Numbered from the stretch's first letter, positions 7,621-16,465 are shown. The stretch: 32,000 nucleotides of DNA from an uncultured Chloroflexia bacterium (GCA_963718915.1 CAVRAI010000009.1:210001-242000), one strand, 5' to 3'. Numbers and translations: made by a program. Notes: generated by a model from the sequence alone, not told the origin.

Positions 7621-9057
7621 TCAGGGGTGGTCTACGCCCGCGATTTCGATGGTGCGCGCCTCATCCGTCGGGCGCGTGGCGAACCAGCGCAACACCTCCC
7701 CCGCCAGATAGACTGACCCAGCGACACAGACCAGGTCGCGCGGCCCCGCGTCGGCCAGCGCGGCGGTCAGCGCCTGCGCCGTATTGTCGAGCGGGCGGAT
7801 ATCGAGCGCGGGCGCGGCATCGCGTATGACCGTGGCAAGCTGCTCTGGCTGGGCGGCTCGCGGAATCGCCGCTGCGGTGGTATAGACACGCGCCGCGCCA
7901 GAACGGGCAATCTCGGCGGCGACGCCCGTAAGGTCTTTATCAATCATCAGGCCGATGACCAGTAGCAGGCGATCCCAGGTGAAGTGGCGGCGCAGGGCGG
8001 CGAAGAGATGGGCGAACGAGTCGGCGTTGTGGGCGCTATCGACTATCGCCAGCGGCGCGCGCCCGACGATCTGGAGCCGCCCCGGCCAGCGCACGGCGCG
8101 CAGTCCCGCGCGCATGGAAGCCTCGTCCAGCGGCAGGCCACGCGCGCGTAGCGTCTCCGCCAGGGCCAGCGCCACCGTCGCGTTCTCGATCTGATGCTCG
8201 CCGAGCAGCGCCAGCTCTACCTGGTTGTAGCGCCCCGTCGGCGTCGTCACGCTGAAGAACTGGCGGGTCTGCTCCGCCGTGCTGGGCGACCAGATATAGT
8301 CGCAGCCGCTGCCCTCCGGCCCGACACGCACCAGCGGCGCCTGCCGCTCGTGGGCGACCCGCTCGATAGCCGCCACCGCCTCAGCCGCCTGCGCCGAGCA
8401 GATGACGGGCACACCCTGCTTGATGATGCCCGCCTTCTCGCCCGCAATCTGGCCCAGCGTGTTGCCGAGGATGGCCATGTGATCGTAGCTGATGCTGGTG
8501 ATGGCCGTCGCCATCGGCTCGACGACGTTCGTGGCGTCCAGCCGACCACCCAGCCCCACCTCGATCACAGAATGATCCACGCTCGCCGCGCGAAACGCCA
8601 GGAATGCCAGCGCCGTCGAGACCTCGTAGGTGATATAGGAGCCGTAGGTCGTTCCCAGCGACTCCACTGCCCCGCGAAGTTGCGGCAGAAGCGCGATGAG
8701 CGCCTCGGCGGAGATGACCTGCCCATCCACGCGGATGCGCTCGCGGAAGGTATGCAGGTCGGGCTGGGTGTAGAGTCCGGTGTGGAGTCCCGCTGCCCGC
8801 AGGATGCTCTCCAGCATCGCCGAGGTCGAGCCTTTGCCCTTGGTTCCGGCGATATGGGTGACGCCATAGGCCCGCTGCGGATCGCCCAACTGTGCCAGCA
8901 GGGCGCGCTCGCGGGCGAGGTTGTCCTCGCGGTCGTGGACGAACACGCCGGTACGTTCGGTGTCGCTGAAGCCATAGATCCAGGCCAGCGCCTCGGCCCA
9001 GGTTTCGGGCCAACTCGCGGGCCAGCCAGCTTGTGACTCGTCGCTGGTATCGCTCAT
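7621..9057 (-). CDS. folC: bifunctional folylpolyglutamate synthase / dihydrofolate synthase
   Basis: 478 aa with the Mur-ligase P-loop GTKGKGST and FolC-like sequence throughout. Its ATG overlaps the folP stop (ATGA at 9054-9057). Confidence 0.9.
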   Translation of the reverse strand: MSDTSDESQAGWPASWPETWAEALAWIYGFSDTERTGVFVHDREDNLARERALLAQLGDPQRAYGVTHIAGTKGKGSTSAMLESILRAAGLHTGLYTQPDLHTFRERIRVDGQVISAEALIALLPQLRGAVESLGTTYGSYITYEVSTALAFLAFRAASVDHSVIEVGLGGRLDATNVVEPMATAITSISYDHMAILGNTLGQIAGEKAGIIKQGVPVICSAQAAEAVAAIERVAHERQAPLVRVGPEGSGCDYIWSPSTAEQTRQFFSVTTPTGRYNQVELALLGEHQIENATVALALAETLRARGLPLDEASMRAGLRAVRWPGRLQIVGRAPLAIVDSAHNADSFAHLFAALRRHFTWDRLLLVIGLMIDKDLTGVAAEIARSGAARVYTTAAAIPRAAQPEQLATVIRDAAPALDIRPLDNTAQALTAALADAGPRDLVCVAGSVYLAGEVLRWFATRPTDEARTIEIAGVDHP

Positions 9058-9944
9058 GCGTTGTCCTCCTGCCAGCCACGCACCACCGCATCGCTCATAC
9101 GGACAACCCGCGCCATCTGCCGCACATCATGAACGCGCACGATATCCGCGCCCTGAGCGATGCCCAGCGCGACGGTCGCCGCCGTCCCCTCCACCCGGTC
9201 ATCGACAGGCGTGCCCAGCACCAGCCCGATATGCGCCTTGCGCGATGTGCCAATCAGCAGCGGTCGCCCCAGCGCGCGTATCTCGCGCAGCCGAGATAGC
9301 ACCCGCAGGTTTTCCGCGCCCGCCAGCCCGAAGCCGAAGCCGGGATCGAGTATCAGATGCTCCCAGGGGATGCCAGCGGCCAGCGCGACTTCGATGCTGG
9401 TGGAAAGCTGGCGCAGCACGTCGCTCACCGGATCATGGCGCGGCTTGCCCCGCAGGTTGCTCATCATGACGACGGGAACGCGCCGACCAGCCACGACGCC
9501 TGCCATGCGCGCATCGCCGTGGAGTCCGGTAATATCGTTGACCAGCAACGCTCCCGCGTCGAGCGCGGCCTCGGCGACGCTCGCCTTATAGGTGTCAATC
9601 GAGAGGATGACCGAAGGCGGCAGGGCGGCGGCCAGCGCGGCAATCACCGGGACAACGCGCCCGCGTTCGATGGCGGCGTCCAACGGTGGCTCGCCAGTGG
9701 TAGACGGGCGGGTGGACTCGCCGCCGATGTCCAGCATTTCCGCGCCATCGGCCACCATCTGTTGCGCGCGGGCGACCGCCGTCGCGACAACGGCATCGCT
9801 GGCGACGCCATCGGCTGCCAGACCATCCTGTGAGAAGGAGTCAGGGGTGATGTTGAGAATCCCCATGACCCAGGTCTTTGAACCCCAGGCAAGTGTGTGG
9901 CGCCCCCAGATGGTCGGCGCGAGCGATTCAGGCGCATCAGGCAT
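9054..9944 (-). CDS. folP: dihydropteroate synthase
   Basis: 296 aa with MGILNITPDSFSQDG, GAEMLDIGGESTRP and NDITG, followed by a C-terminal pterin-binding region. It is translationally coupled to folC. Confidence 0.92.
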   Translation of the reverse strand: MPDAPESLAPTIWGRHTLAWGSKTWVMGILNITPDSFSQDGLAADGVASDAVVATAVARAQQMVADGAEMLDIGGESTRPSTTGEPPLDAAIERGRVVPVIAALAAALPPSVILSIDTYKASVAEAALDAGALLVNDITGLHGDARMAGVVAGRRVPVVMMSNLRGKPRHDPVSDVLRQLSTSIEVALAAGIPWEHLILDPGFGFGLAGAENLRVLSRLREIRALGRPLLIGTSRKAHIGLVLGTPVDDRVEGTAATVALGIAQGADIVRVHDVRQMARVVRMSDAVVRGWQEDNA

Positions 9945-10174
9945 AGTCGTTCGTGTACTCCATGTGTCACTGGTCGGCGAATATCGGCAGTTTGGCGAAG
10001 TATGTCCAGGGGTTCCGTGCCGCAGGCTGAAGACCTGCGGCTAATCCTAGGGTGAACGAATCCGCTCATCGTCAGCGGCGATTCCGAACGGGCAGGATTA
10101 GCCGCGGCATTTATGCCGCGAAGCTCGCCCAGCACGCGCCTCGCCCTCGTTCGTCCTGTATTATTAGCGCCGCA

Positions 10175-10948
10175 TTATTCCATCCCCACCGCTTTACGCA
10201 GCGCCGCCAGCTCTTTCGCGGCCAGCAGCCGCGACGCGCCCGGCTTGAGCAGCCCCAATTTGAGCGGCCCCACGCGCACCCGTCGCAGTTCCAGCACGCG
10301 CAGACCAGCCACCGCCAGCATCCGCCGCACCTGGCGCTTGCGGCCCTCGTGCAGCTCGATACCGAGCCAGATACCCTCCTCGGACGTCTCATCGATAATC
10401 CAGGCACGGGCGGGCGCGGTGAGGCGTGTCTCGCCGGGGAGCATCATCCCCTTCGTGATGGCCGTCATCGCCGCCGCCGAGGGACGATTCTCCACCAGCG
10501 CCTCGTACTCTTTGGTTAATGCATAGCGTGGATGTGTCAGACGGAGCGCCATCTCGCCATCGTTCGTCAGCAGCAGCAGCCCCTCCGTGTCCAAATCCAG
10601 CCGTCCGACCGGATAAACCCGCTGCGCCACCCATTCGGCGGGCAGCAGATCGAGCACCGTGCGCCGCCGCTGTGGGTCGTGCGCGGTCGTCACCGTCTCG
10701 GCGGGCTTGTTCAGCAGGATGTAGAGATGGGTGGCGGCGGGACGCACCAGCCGACCGCGCACCCGCACCTCATCGCTGGCCGGGTCAACGCGCACGCCCA
10801 ACTCACGCACGATCTCGCCATTCACCGAGACGGCGCCCGCCTCGATCAGCTCTTCGGCGTGGCGGCGAGAGGCGATGCCCGCGTGCGCCAGATATTTCTG
10901 CAGCCGCTCGCCGCGCTGCTCATTGTCCGTTCCTGCCGTGTCCGCCAT
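10175..10948 (-). CDS. rluB: RsuA/RluB-family rRNA pseudouridine synthase with N-terminal S4 domain
   Basis: The S4 domain reads RLQKYLAHAGIASRRHAEELIEAGAVSVNG. The catalytic motif is GRLDLDTEGLLLLTNDG. Confidence 0.88.
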   Translation of the reverse strand: MADTAGTDNEQRGERLQKYLAHAGIASRRHAEELIEAGAVSVNGEIVRELGVRVDPASDEVRVRGRLVRPAATHLYILLNKPAETVTTAHDPQRRRTVLDLLPAEWVAQRVYPVGRLDLDTEGLLLLTNDGEMALRLTHPRYALTKEYEALVENRPSAAAMTAITKGMMLPGETRLTAPARAWIIDETSEEGIWLGIELHEGRKRQVRRMLAVAGLRVLELRRVRVGPLKLGLLKPGASRLLAAKELAALRKAVGME

Positions 10949-11120
10949 ATCTGACCTATCTCACGCTAAGCCGTCCAAAACGCCCGCTGGGCCATGCCCT
11001 GTACATGATACCGCGCAAAGCCAGAGCGCGGCAGCCAGAAATCTGCCTAGCGCCTTGCCACGTACGTTACCATGGAGAAGCGGGCAATTTGTGTGCGTGG
11101 TGGCGTGTAAAGAGAGCGGT

Positions 11121-12633
11121 ATGGCTGAGACGGGCGCCGAGGCGAGCGCGGCGAATCGTTCGTTCACCCAACAGGAACAGCGCGAGGCGGCAGAGTTCGT
11201 GCTGCGGCTGGGCAATGCTTTGCTTCAGGCGGGCTACCCCATCAACCAGATCGGCGAGCTGCTGCTGGCGCTCTCGCACTCGCTGGACCTGCCACAGCCC
11301 CAGGTGTATGTGACGCCGACCGTCATTGAGGTCACCATCGGCCCGCTGACCCACCAGCATCGCGCGCTGCTCGTCACAGCGCCGGGCGATGTCAACCTGG
11401 GCCACCTCACCCAACTGGACGCCATTGCCCGCACCGTCGCCGCTGGCAAGCTCACCCCGCGCGACGGCATCGCCCGACTGGAGGCGCTCTCAGCCGCGCC
11501 CCCGCTGCATAGCGCGCTGCTGGTCGGCTTCGCCTATGCGCTGACGGCGGCGGCGTTCGCCCGGACGCTCGGCGGCGGCCTCCGCGAGATTCTGGTGGCG
11601 GCGCTGGTAGGCGGTGTGACGGGCGCATTGTCCGTCTTCGCACACCTCTTCGCGCGCCTCCAGCGCATCTTTCCGCCACTCGCCGCGTTCGTCGCCAGCT
11701 TCATGGTGACGGCGTGGGCGGCGCGGGTGACACCAGTCTCGGGCGATCTGGTCACGCTGGCGGGCCTCTTCGCGCTCCTCCCTGGCTTCACGCTGACCGT
11801 GGCGCTGGAGGAGCTGGCATCGCGCGACCTCGTCTCTGGCACGGTGCGCCTGACCTCGGCCTTCATTACGCTCTTCGGGTTGATTCTGGGCGTCGCGCTG
11901 GGCCGCCAGTTTGGCGTGCGGCTCTTTGGCCAGGTGACCCCGGCGACTCCCACGGCGCTGCCCGCGTGGACGTATTTGCTGGCGGCGATTGGCGGCCGGG
12001 CTGGCATATACACTCTGGCTCCAGGTCGAGCGGCGCGACATCATCTGGGTGGTGCTGGCCTGTCTGATTGGGGCGCTGGCGGCGCGGGCAGGCGTGATGC
12101 TGCTGGGGCAGCAGCTTGGCGCGTTCGCGGCGGCGCTGGCGGTCGGCCTTGCCAGCAACCTCTTCGCGCTGGCGACTGGTCGCCCAGCGGCGGTGATGCA
12201 GGTACCGGGGTTGATCGTGCTGGTGCCTGGCAGTATCGGACTGCAGAGCTTCCAGGCGCTCTTCACCGCCCAGACGGTTGTGGGCATCCAGGCGACCTTC
12301 CAGATGTTCCTGACGGCGATTGCGCTGGTCTACGGCATCTTCGTCGCCAATCTACTGCTGCCCTCGCGCCACCCGCTACGCACGCTCTTCGACATGGTCA
12401 GCCGCATCGAGCAGACGGTGCTGCTGCGCGGCGGGAAAGGCGAGAAAGCGGCGGCAACGGTAGGCAGTATCAGCCGCTGCATCGCCTCACATGGATTGGT
12501 AACGCCACGCGCCCTTAGCGGGGGATATAGAGCGTGTTATGAACTCAAGTTCAACCGGATGAACCGAGGCAACATGAGGCAGGTGAAGGCCAGAACACGC
12601 AGACCTGCCAACGTCGTAGCGAGGCGCTCGTAG
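11121..12633 (+). pseudogene. ThrE-family (DUF1212 + DUF3815) threonine/serine exporter-like membrane protein with a +1 frame break near 11990-12000
   Basis: The N-terminal DUF1212-like part (FVLRLGNALLQAGYPINQIGELL...LAAIGG) is in one frame. The C-terminal DUF3815-like part (LAYTLWLQVERRDIIWVVLACLIGALAARAGV...IFVANLLLPSRHPL) is in the +1 frame. Length is 1513 nt (3n+1). Continuing the first frame to 12518 gives Arg/Gly-rich nonsense. The last ~90 codons do not look like exporter sequence. Confidence 0.6.
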
Positions 12634-12659
12634 TCGCGCGCCAGGCGGCGGTGTCGTGC
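12537..12659 (-). mobile_element. C-terminal remnant of an IS5-family DDE transposase
   Basis: The translation ARHRRLARDYERLATTLAGLRVLAFTCLMLPRF resembles the conserved ...RRLARDYERL..TLAGLH..AF..LML C-terminus of IS5-family transposases. No intact upstream catalytic region is present. Confidence 0.4.
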
Positions 12660-12855
12660 TGTCGTGCTTCTGCGCCCCCGACTGATCCGAGCGCCTCCAC
12701 ATCCCCAGCTCACGCACAGTGCCGCTCTTCGCCACGACAGCGAGAATGGTATCAGAGCAGAGTTGGAAGCGCAGCCACCCACAACACGCGCTTCGTCCGC
12801 CCTGGAGAGCGATAGCACGAAGGATAGCTCGAACCCTGGGGATTCGCCATTGAGC

Positions 12856-13284
12856 ATGAGCATCATCACACAGTACCTGCGCTGGCTGGGCCACGACGCT
12901 GGTGGCGCCCTCCCACCCGAAGACGTCCTCGTCGGCATCCTGGCCGATGGCGCCTGGCAGCTGCCGCCGACCTGGCCACCCCTCGAACCCGACGAGACGC
13001 TGGTCTACGTCCCTCCCCAGTGGATCGGCGACTGGGAGACCGGCCACCGCCTTGCCCCTGGCTATCAGCATGTCTGGCGCGTGCCACGCGCGTCGCTCTG
13101 CCCGCCGCTGTCCCACCCACACTTCGGCCCCTATCGCCCCGGCGCCCTTCCTCCCAGCGCCACCGGCCCAACTGCTCGGTCCAGGTGGGCGCGCTCGCGG
13201 AGTGAGACGGCCGTGCCGACTGAGGAGATGGAGGAAACTCGACCAGAACGGCTCCAGCGAGACGGCGCGAGTGAACCTGCCTGA
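12856..13284 (+). CDS. hypothetical Trp/Pro-rich protein (uncertain)
   Basis: The ATG ORF MSIITQYLRWLGHDAGGALPPEDVLVGILADGAWQLPPTWPPLEPDETLVYVPPQWIGDWETGHRLAPGYQHVWRV has strong third-position GC bias in its first ~80 codons. I recognise no family, and the distal part looks non-coding. Confidence 0.3.
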   Translation: MSIITQYLRWLGHDAGGALPPEDVLVGILADGAWQLPPTWPPLEPDETLVYVPPQWIGDWETGHRLAPGYQHVWRVPRASLCPPLSHPHFGPYRPGALPPSATGPTARSRWARSRSETAVPTEEMEETRPERLQRDGASEPA

Positions 13285-13437
13285 CCGCGTTGCGGCAGGA
13301 ACCAAACAGCCTGCACGACCACGTGGAATGAGTGGGTACGCTTTGGAGGGCGGATGTTTTATACTGGTCACACCTCGGCACGGCAGGGCAGATGGTGGCG
13401 TAGGTAGCGCAAGTAGTGCAAGTAGCAGAGGAGCGAG

Positions 13438-14364
13438 ATGGTGAGAGCCTTTCTGCTCGTTCTGCTCGCGTATACGGTGGCGGGCGTGGTCGCCGTCGTC
13501 TCTGGCATCCTGCTGCGCAACCAGGCGCCGATCCTCGTCGTGGGCGCGGCGGATCTCGCGGCGACCATTGTGATCTTCCTCTTCAGCGTCATGGTCCGCA
13601 ATTCCAGCATCTACGATCCGTATTGGAGCGTCGCGCCCGTGCCCATTGCGCTCTTCTGGCTGCTGCAGCCCGGCTCCAACGGCTTTGCCAATCTCCGCCA
13701 TGTGCTCATCTTCGCGCTGCTCTGCCTCTGGGCCATCCGACTGACCGCGAATTGGGCGTCCCAGTGGCGCGGCCTGGGACATGAGGACTGGCGCTATCGC
13801 GACATCAAGCGGCAGGCAGGCCGATTCTACTGGCCCGTCAGCTTTCTGGGCATTCATCTGCTGCCGACCATCCTGGTGTTCGGGGGCTGTCTGGCGCTCT
13901 GGCCCACCTTGAGCGACCGGAACACGCGCCTGTCCTGGCTGGATGTGGTGGCCGCGCTCGTGACGCTGACGGCCATCGTCATCGAGGCGACGGCGGATTG
14001 GCAGATGCGCCGATTTCGCCGCAGCCTGGCTGCCAAACGCGACATCGACGCCATGCCGCGGGGCTTGTGGTCGCTCTCGCGCCACCCCAATTACTTCGGC
14101 GAGGTCTTGTTCTGGTGGGGGCTGTACCTCTTCGTGCCGCTGGCGTATCCAGACTTCCGTCTCGTGGTCATTGGGCCGTTGCTGATCCTGGGCCTTTTCC
14201 TGGGCATCAGCATCCCGCTGATGGAGCGCCACCTGCTCGCCGGGCATCCCGAGTATGCCGAGTATCAGCGCCAGGTGGTCTCGCCCTTCTTCCCCTGGTT
14301 TCCCCGCTTCGTTCGCGGACAACGGGGACACCAATCCAAACCACCGCTCCAGCGCGACGAGTAG
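13438..14364 (+). CDS. DUF1295 / steroid 5-alpha-reductase-like polytopic membrane protein
   Basis: 308 aa with multiple TM helices. The signature is LWSLSRHPNYFGEVLFWWGLYLF. Confidence 0.85.
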   Translation: MVRAFLLVLLAYTVAGVVAVVSGILLRNQAPILVVGAADLAATIVIFLFSVMVRNSSIYDPYWSVAPVPIALFWLLQPGSNGFANLRHVLIFALLCLWAIRLTANWASQWRGLGHEDWRYRDIKRQAGRFYWPVSFLGIHLLPTILVFGGCLALWPTLSDRNTRLSWLDVVAALVTLTAIVIEATADWQMRRFRRSLAAKRDIDAMPRGLWSLSRHPNYFGEVLFWWGLYLFVPLAYPDFRLVVIGPLLILGLFLGISIPLMERHLLAGHPEYAEYQRQVVSPFFPWFPRFVRGQRGHQSKPPLQRDE

Positions 14365-14392
14365 GGCTTGAACCCCCTTACGGCTCACGGCG

Positions 14393-14686
14393 CTACTCGT
14401 CGCCAAGAATCTGCTTGAGCGCCTCACGGTGTTCCTCGAATACCTGTCTGCCGAGTTCGGTGATCTCCACGTATGTCTGTGGCTTCTGGCGCACGAAAGC
14501 TTTGGTGATGGTGAGGTAGCCCGCCTCTTCCAGCTTGTGCAGGTGGGCGCCCAGGTTGCCGTCAGTCAGGCCGAGCGTGCCCTTGAGAAAGCTAAACGTC
14601 ACCTGTCGCTCGGTTGAGACGGCGGCCAGGATCGCCATGATGCGCAGGCGCACAGGCTGGTGGATGACCTCGTTGAGCTGCGCCAT
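14393..14686 (-). CDS. winged-helix (ArsR/MarR-like) transcriptional regulator
   Basis: 97 aa, MAQLNEVIHQPVRLRIMAILAAV...LTDGNLGAHLHKLEEAGYLTITKAFVRQKPQTYVEITELGRQVFEEH. Its ATG lies 2 nt after the stop of the upstream membrane-protein gene. Confidence 0.85.
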   Translation of the reverse strand: MAQLNEVIHQPVRLRIMAILAAVSTERQVTFSFLKGTLGLTDGNLGAHLHKLEEAGYLTITKAFVRQKPQTYVEITELGRQVFEEHREALKQILGDE

Positions 14687-14688
14687 CG

Positions 14689-15258
14689 TTAGCGCCGCCG
14701 CAAGAGATAGAGGCTCACGCCAATCAGTGGCAGCCCGGCAAAGACCGCGATCCACAGCCAGAAGTAGGTCGGGACGAGCCAGAAGCCAAGCGCGGTCATG
14801 ATGGTGATGGCGAGGCCGCAGACGATGAACAGCCGCTGTTGCAAGAACAGTCCAGTGGTGATGGTGGCGAGCATTACGACGGTGATCCACAGGGTCGCCA
14901 CCTGCATCGTCGTCAGATCGAGCATGAACTGCCACAAGATGAAGAATGCGTAAAGCACCCCAAAGAAGATGGGCAGGCGGCTATGGATGAACGCGCTGCG
15001 CGAACCGGGCGTGAAGCGAACAACTGGCGTAAGCCGTTGCGCGAACAAGAAACTGCACACGACGCCCACCAGGATCGTCTCCCCTGCGGACCAGACGGGC
15101 GTCAGTGGTTGCCACTGCGCGACGGCGAAGGCAACGGTCCAGACGATGCCGCAGACCAGGGTGCAATAGAGCCACACGCGCAGCAGGTGATTTGTCTGCG
15201 CCGTCGCCTGGCTGATGTCGTTCAAGGCAGCCTGTGCCTCGTCATGGGATAGGTTCAT
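14689..15258 (-). CDS. hypothetical polytopic membrane protein, first gene of a two-gene operon with the winged-helix regulator
   Basis: 189 aa from the ATG at 15258 (MNLSHDEAQAALNDISQ...), with 5-6 predicted hydrophobic helices. The longer ORF extending to 15417 lacks support. Confidence 0.75.
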   Translation of the reverse strand: MNLSHDEAQAALNDISQATAQTNHLLRVWLYCTLVCGIVWTVAFAVAQWQPLTPVWSAGETILVGVVCSFLFAQRLTPVVRFTPGSRSAFIHSRLPIFFGVLYAFFILWQFMLDLTTMQVATLWITVVMLATITTGLFLQQRLFIVCGLAITIMTALGFWLVPTYFWLWIAVFAGLPLIGVSLYLLRRR

Positions 15259-15281
15259 GGCATTTCTCGATTCTTTTCTCG

Positions 15282-15310
15282 TAGAGTACTCTGTGATATA
15301 GAGTACTCTA
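15282..15310. promoter_or_regulatory. two copies of the palindrome TAGAGTACTCT(A), a candidate operator upstream of the membrane-protein/regulator operon
   Basis: TAGAGTACTCT lies at 15282-15292 and the perfect 12-bp palindrome TAGAGTACTCTA at 15299-15310. The copies are 17 bp apart start to start and sit 24-52 bp upstream of the ATG at 15258. Confidence 0.5.
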
Positions 15311-15431
15311 CACAAATACATCGAAAAGAGAGTCATGTCAAGGGCTCTCGGATATTCGTGAGGGATGCAGGGAAAGTGGTGGTGAGATAGGGGTGACATT
15401 GAAGTTGCCGAGGGCATATTGTGACTGGGGC

Positions 15432-15481
15432 GACCGCCCTCTCCCCCTAACCGCCTCCCCTAAAGAGGGAGGGGGACCAGA
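15432..15481. repeat. dispersed C-rich/G-rich hairpin repeat, copy 1
   Basis: GACCGCCCTCTCCCC...CCTCCCCTAAAGAGGGAGGGGGACCAGA. It shares an identical 15-nt head, the same C-arm/G-arm layout and the CCAGA tail with 17594..17641. Confidence 0.5.
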
Positions 15482-15636
15482 AAGCCAGAGAGCGGGCGTG
15501 GATTAACGAGTTGCTTGATAAGGAAGACGACGGCACGCTGAGCACCGAGGAGCGCCACCAGCTTGATGAGATGCTCGCCATTCACGAGATCGGGCACGCT
15601 GATTCGTTCGCTAGCTTACTCTGCTACGCTATCGGT

Positions 15637-15978
15637 TCAGTCGTAGCGCAGCCGAGCGAACTTTATTCCAGCCCAAAGTACACCAATAGCCCCGACAAAT
15701 AGCACAATGGGTCCCAGGCATTGCACTGGAACTGGAAGCAGATTCGGCTGATTGCGTGGCAAGAAATGCGTCGCAACAAATTGTACGACAACGCTGAAAC
15801 AGGCAATTTCTCCTGCGCAAATGGTCACGACAAGCCATCGCTTCCCATCAGGATGCTTCAATGCTTTCGGATTTCCTGACCTCAATCTGGCCAATTGTGA
15901 AACCATGAATGGCAGGTACACCATGAGACCCAACACGAGTGCCAAAACCACAATATCTGCCACAATATCTATCGTCAT
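15637..15978 (-). CDS. hypothetical small membrane protein
   Basis: 113 aa with three hydrophobic segments (IVADIVVLALVLGLMVYLPF, WLVVTICAGEIACFSVVVQFV, LGPIVLFVGAIGVLWAGI). It lies in a locally lower-GC stretch. I recognise no family. Confidence 0.5.
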   Translation of the reverse strand: MTIDIVADIVVLALVLGLMVYLPFMVSQLARLRSGNPKALKHPDGKRWLVVTICAGEIACFSVVVQFVATHFLPRNQPNLLPVPVQCLGPIVLFVGAIGVLWAGIKFARLRYD

Positions 15979-15995
15979 CTCGCTATAACTACCCG

Positions 15996-16364
15996 CTACG
16001 CCACGGCGCCACGCGGGCGGACGAGCGAGAGCATCGGCTCACCGCTATCGAGCATGTTGACGATACGCGAGCCGCCGGAGTTTGTGGGCGTGCGGGTGGT
16101 GAAGCCTATGGCTTTGAGCATCTGCGGCTGCTGGGCGGCGCGTAGCTCCTCGGCGACCAGCCAGAGCAGGTCGGAGACATCCATCTCCAGCGCCTCGGCC
16201 AGCCGTTCCAGCACGACGGGCGAGGGATATTTCTTGCCGCGCTCGATCTCGCCCAGGTAGACTACCGAGATAATCGAACGCTCGGCCAGCTCCTTCATCG
16301 TCAGGTGGCGCGCGGAACGCTCGCGCCGGACGACCGTGCCAACGGTTTCCTGCAAGTCAGCCAT
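15996..16364 (-). CDS. XRE-family helix-turn-helix transcriptional regulator
   Basis: 122 aa from the ATG at 16364, preceded by AGGAGG. The HTH reads LTMKELAERSIISVVYLGEIERGKKYPSPVVLERLAEAL. The longer ORF to 16868 is an unsupported extension. Confidence 0.85.
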   Translation of the reverse strand: MADLQETVGTVVRRERSARHLTMKELAERSIISVVYLGEIERGKKYPSPVVLERLAEALEMDVSDLLWLVAEELRAAQQPQMLKAIGFTTRTPTNSGGSRIVNMLDSGEPMLSLVRPRGAVA

Positions 16365-16421
16365 GTGGTCGCCTCCTGTCCCTCGCGATAGTCTCAAAAA
16401 CGCCCGGCAGAGTCCGCTATC

Positions 16422-16465
16422 TATGCTCTCAGCATACCTCAGCGCAACGCCTATGCTGAGAGCAT
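16422..16465. promoter_or_regulatory. pair of ATGCT-N3-AGCAT palindromes in the divergent XRE / DUF4177-clpP control region
   Basis: TATGCTCTCAGCATA lies at 16422-16436 and TATGCTGAGAGCAT at 16452-16465. The second is the reverse complement of the first, and the centres are 30 bp apart. Confidence 0.5.

Noticed and set aside
8194-9036. Multiple 100-280-aa ORFs antisense to or overlapping folC, folP, the peptide ABC transporter genes and the MCP gene
   Set aside because: All are Arg/Ala/Gly/Pro-rich shadow ORFs within genes that have clear family signatures on the other strand or frame. There are no independent signals such as an RBS or a domain motif.
10731-11120. N-terminal extension of the thrE-like ORF (track start 10731) overlapping rluB
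   Set aside because: The extension is antisense to the well-supported rluB gene and is Arg/Pro/Ser-rich. The ATG at 11121 begins the region of homology (MAETGAE...FVLRLGNALLQAGYP).
12487-14427. 646-aa ORF on the minus strand, the longest ORF in this region
   Set aside because: The composition is Arg/Gly/Pro/Ala-rich with no recognisable domains. It is entirely antisense to the well-supported DUF1295 gene and to the IS remnant. This is a typical stop-codon-poor shadow ORF of high-GC DNA.
15511-15702. 63-aa ORF (LLDKEDDGTLSTEERHQLDEML...) reminiscent of small antitoxin-like proteins
   Set aside because: It uses a non-ATG start and has no RBS. The open frame runs on upstream into the flank of the dispersed repeat, and the tail overlaps the convergent membrane-protein gene. 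No partner toxin gene is present. It is probably a fragment at best.
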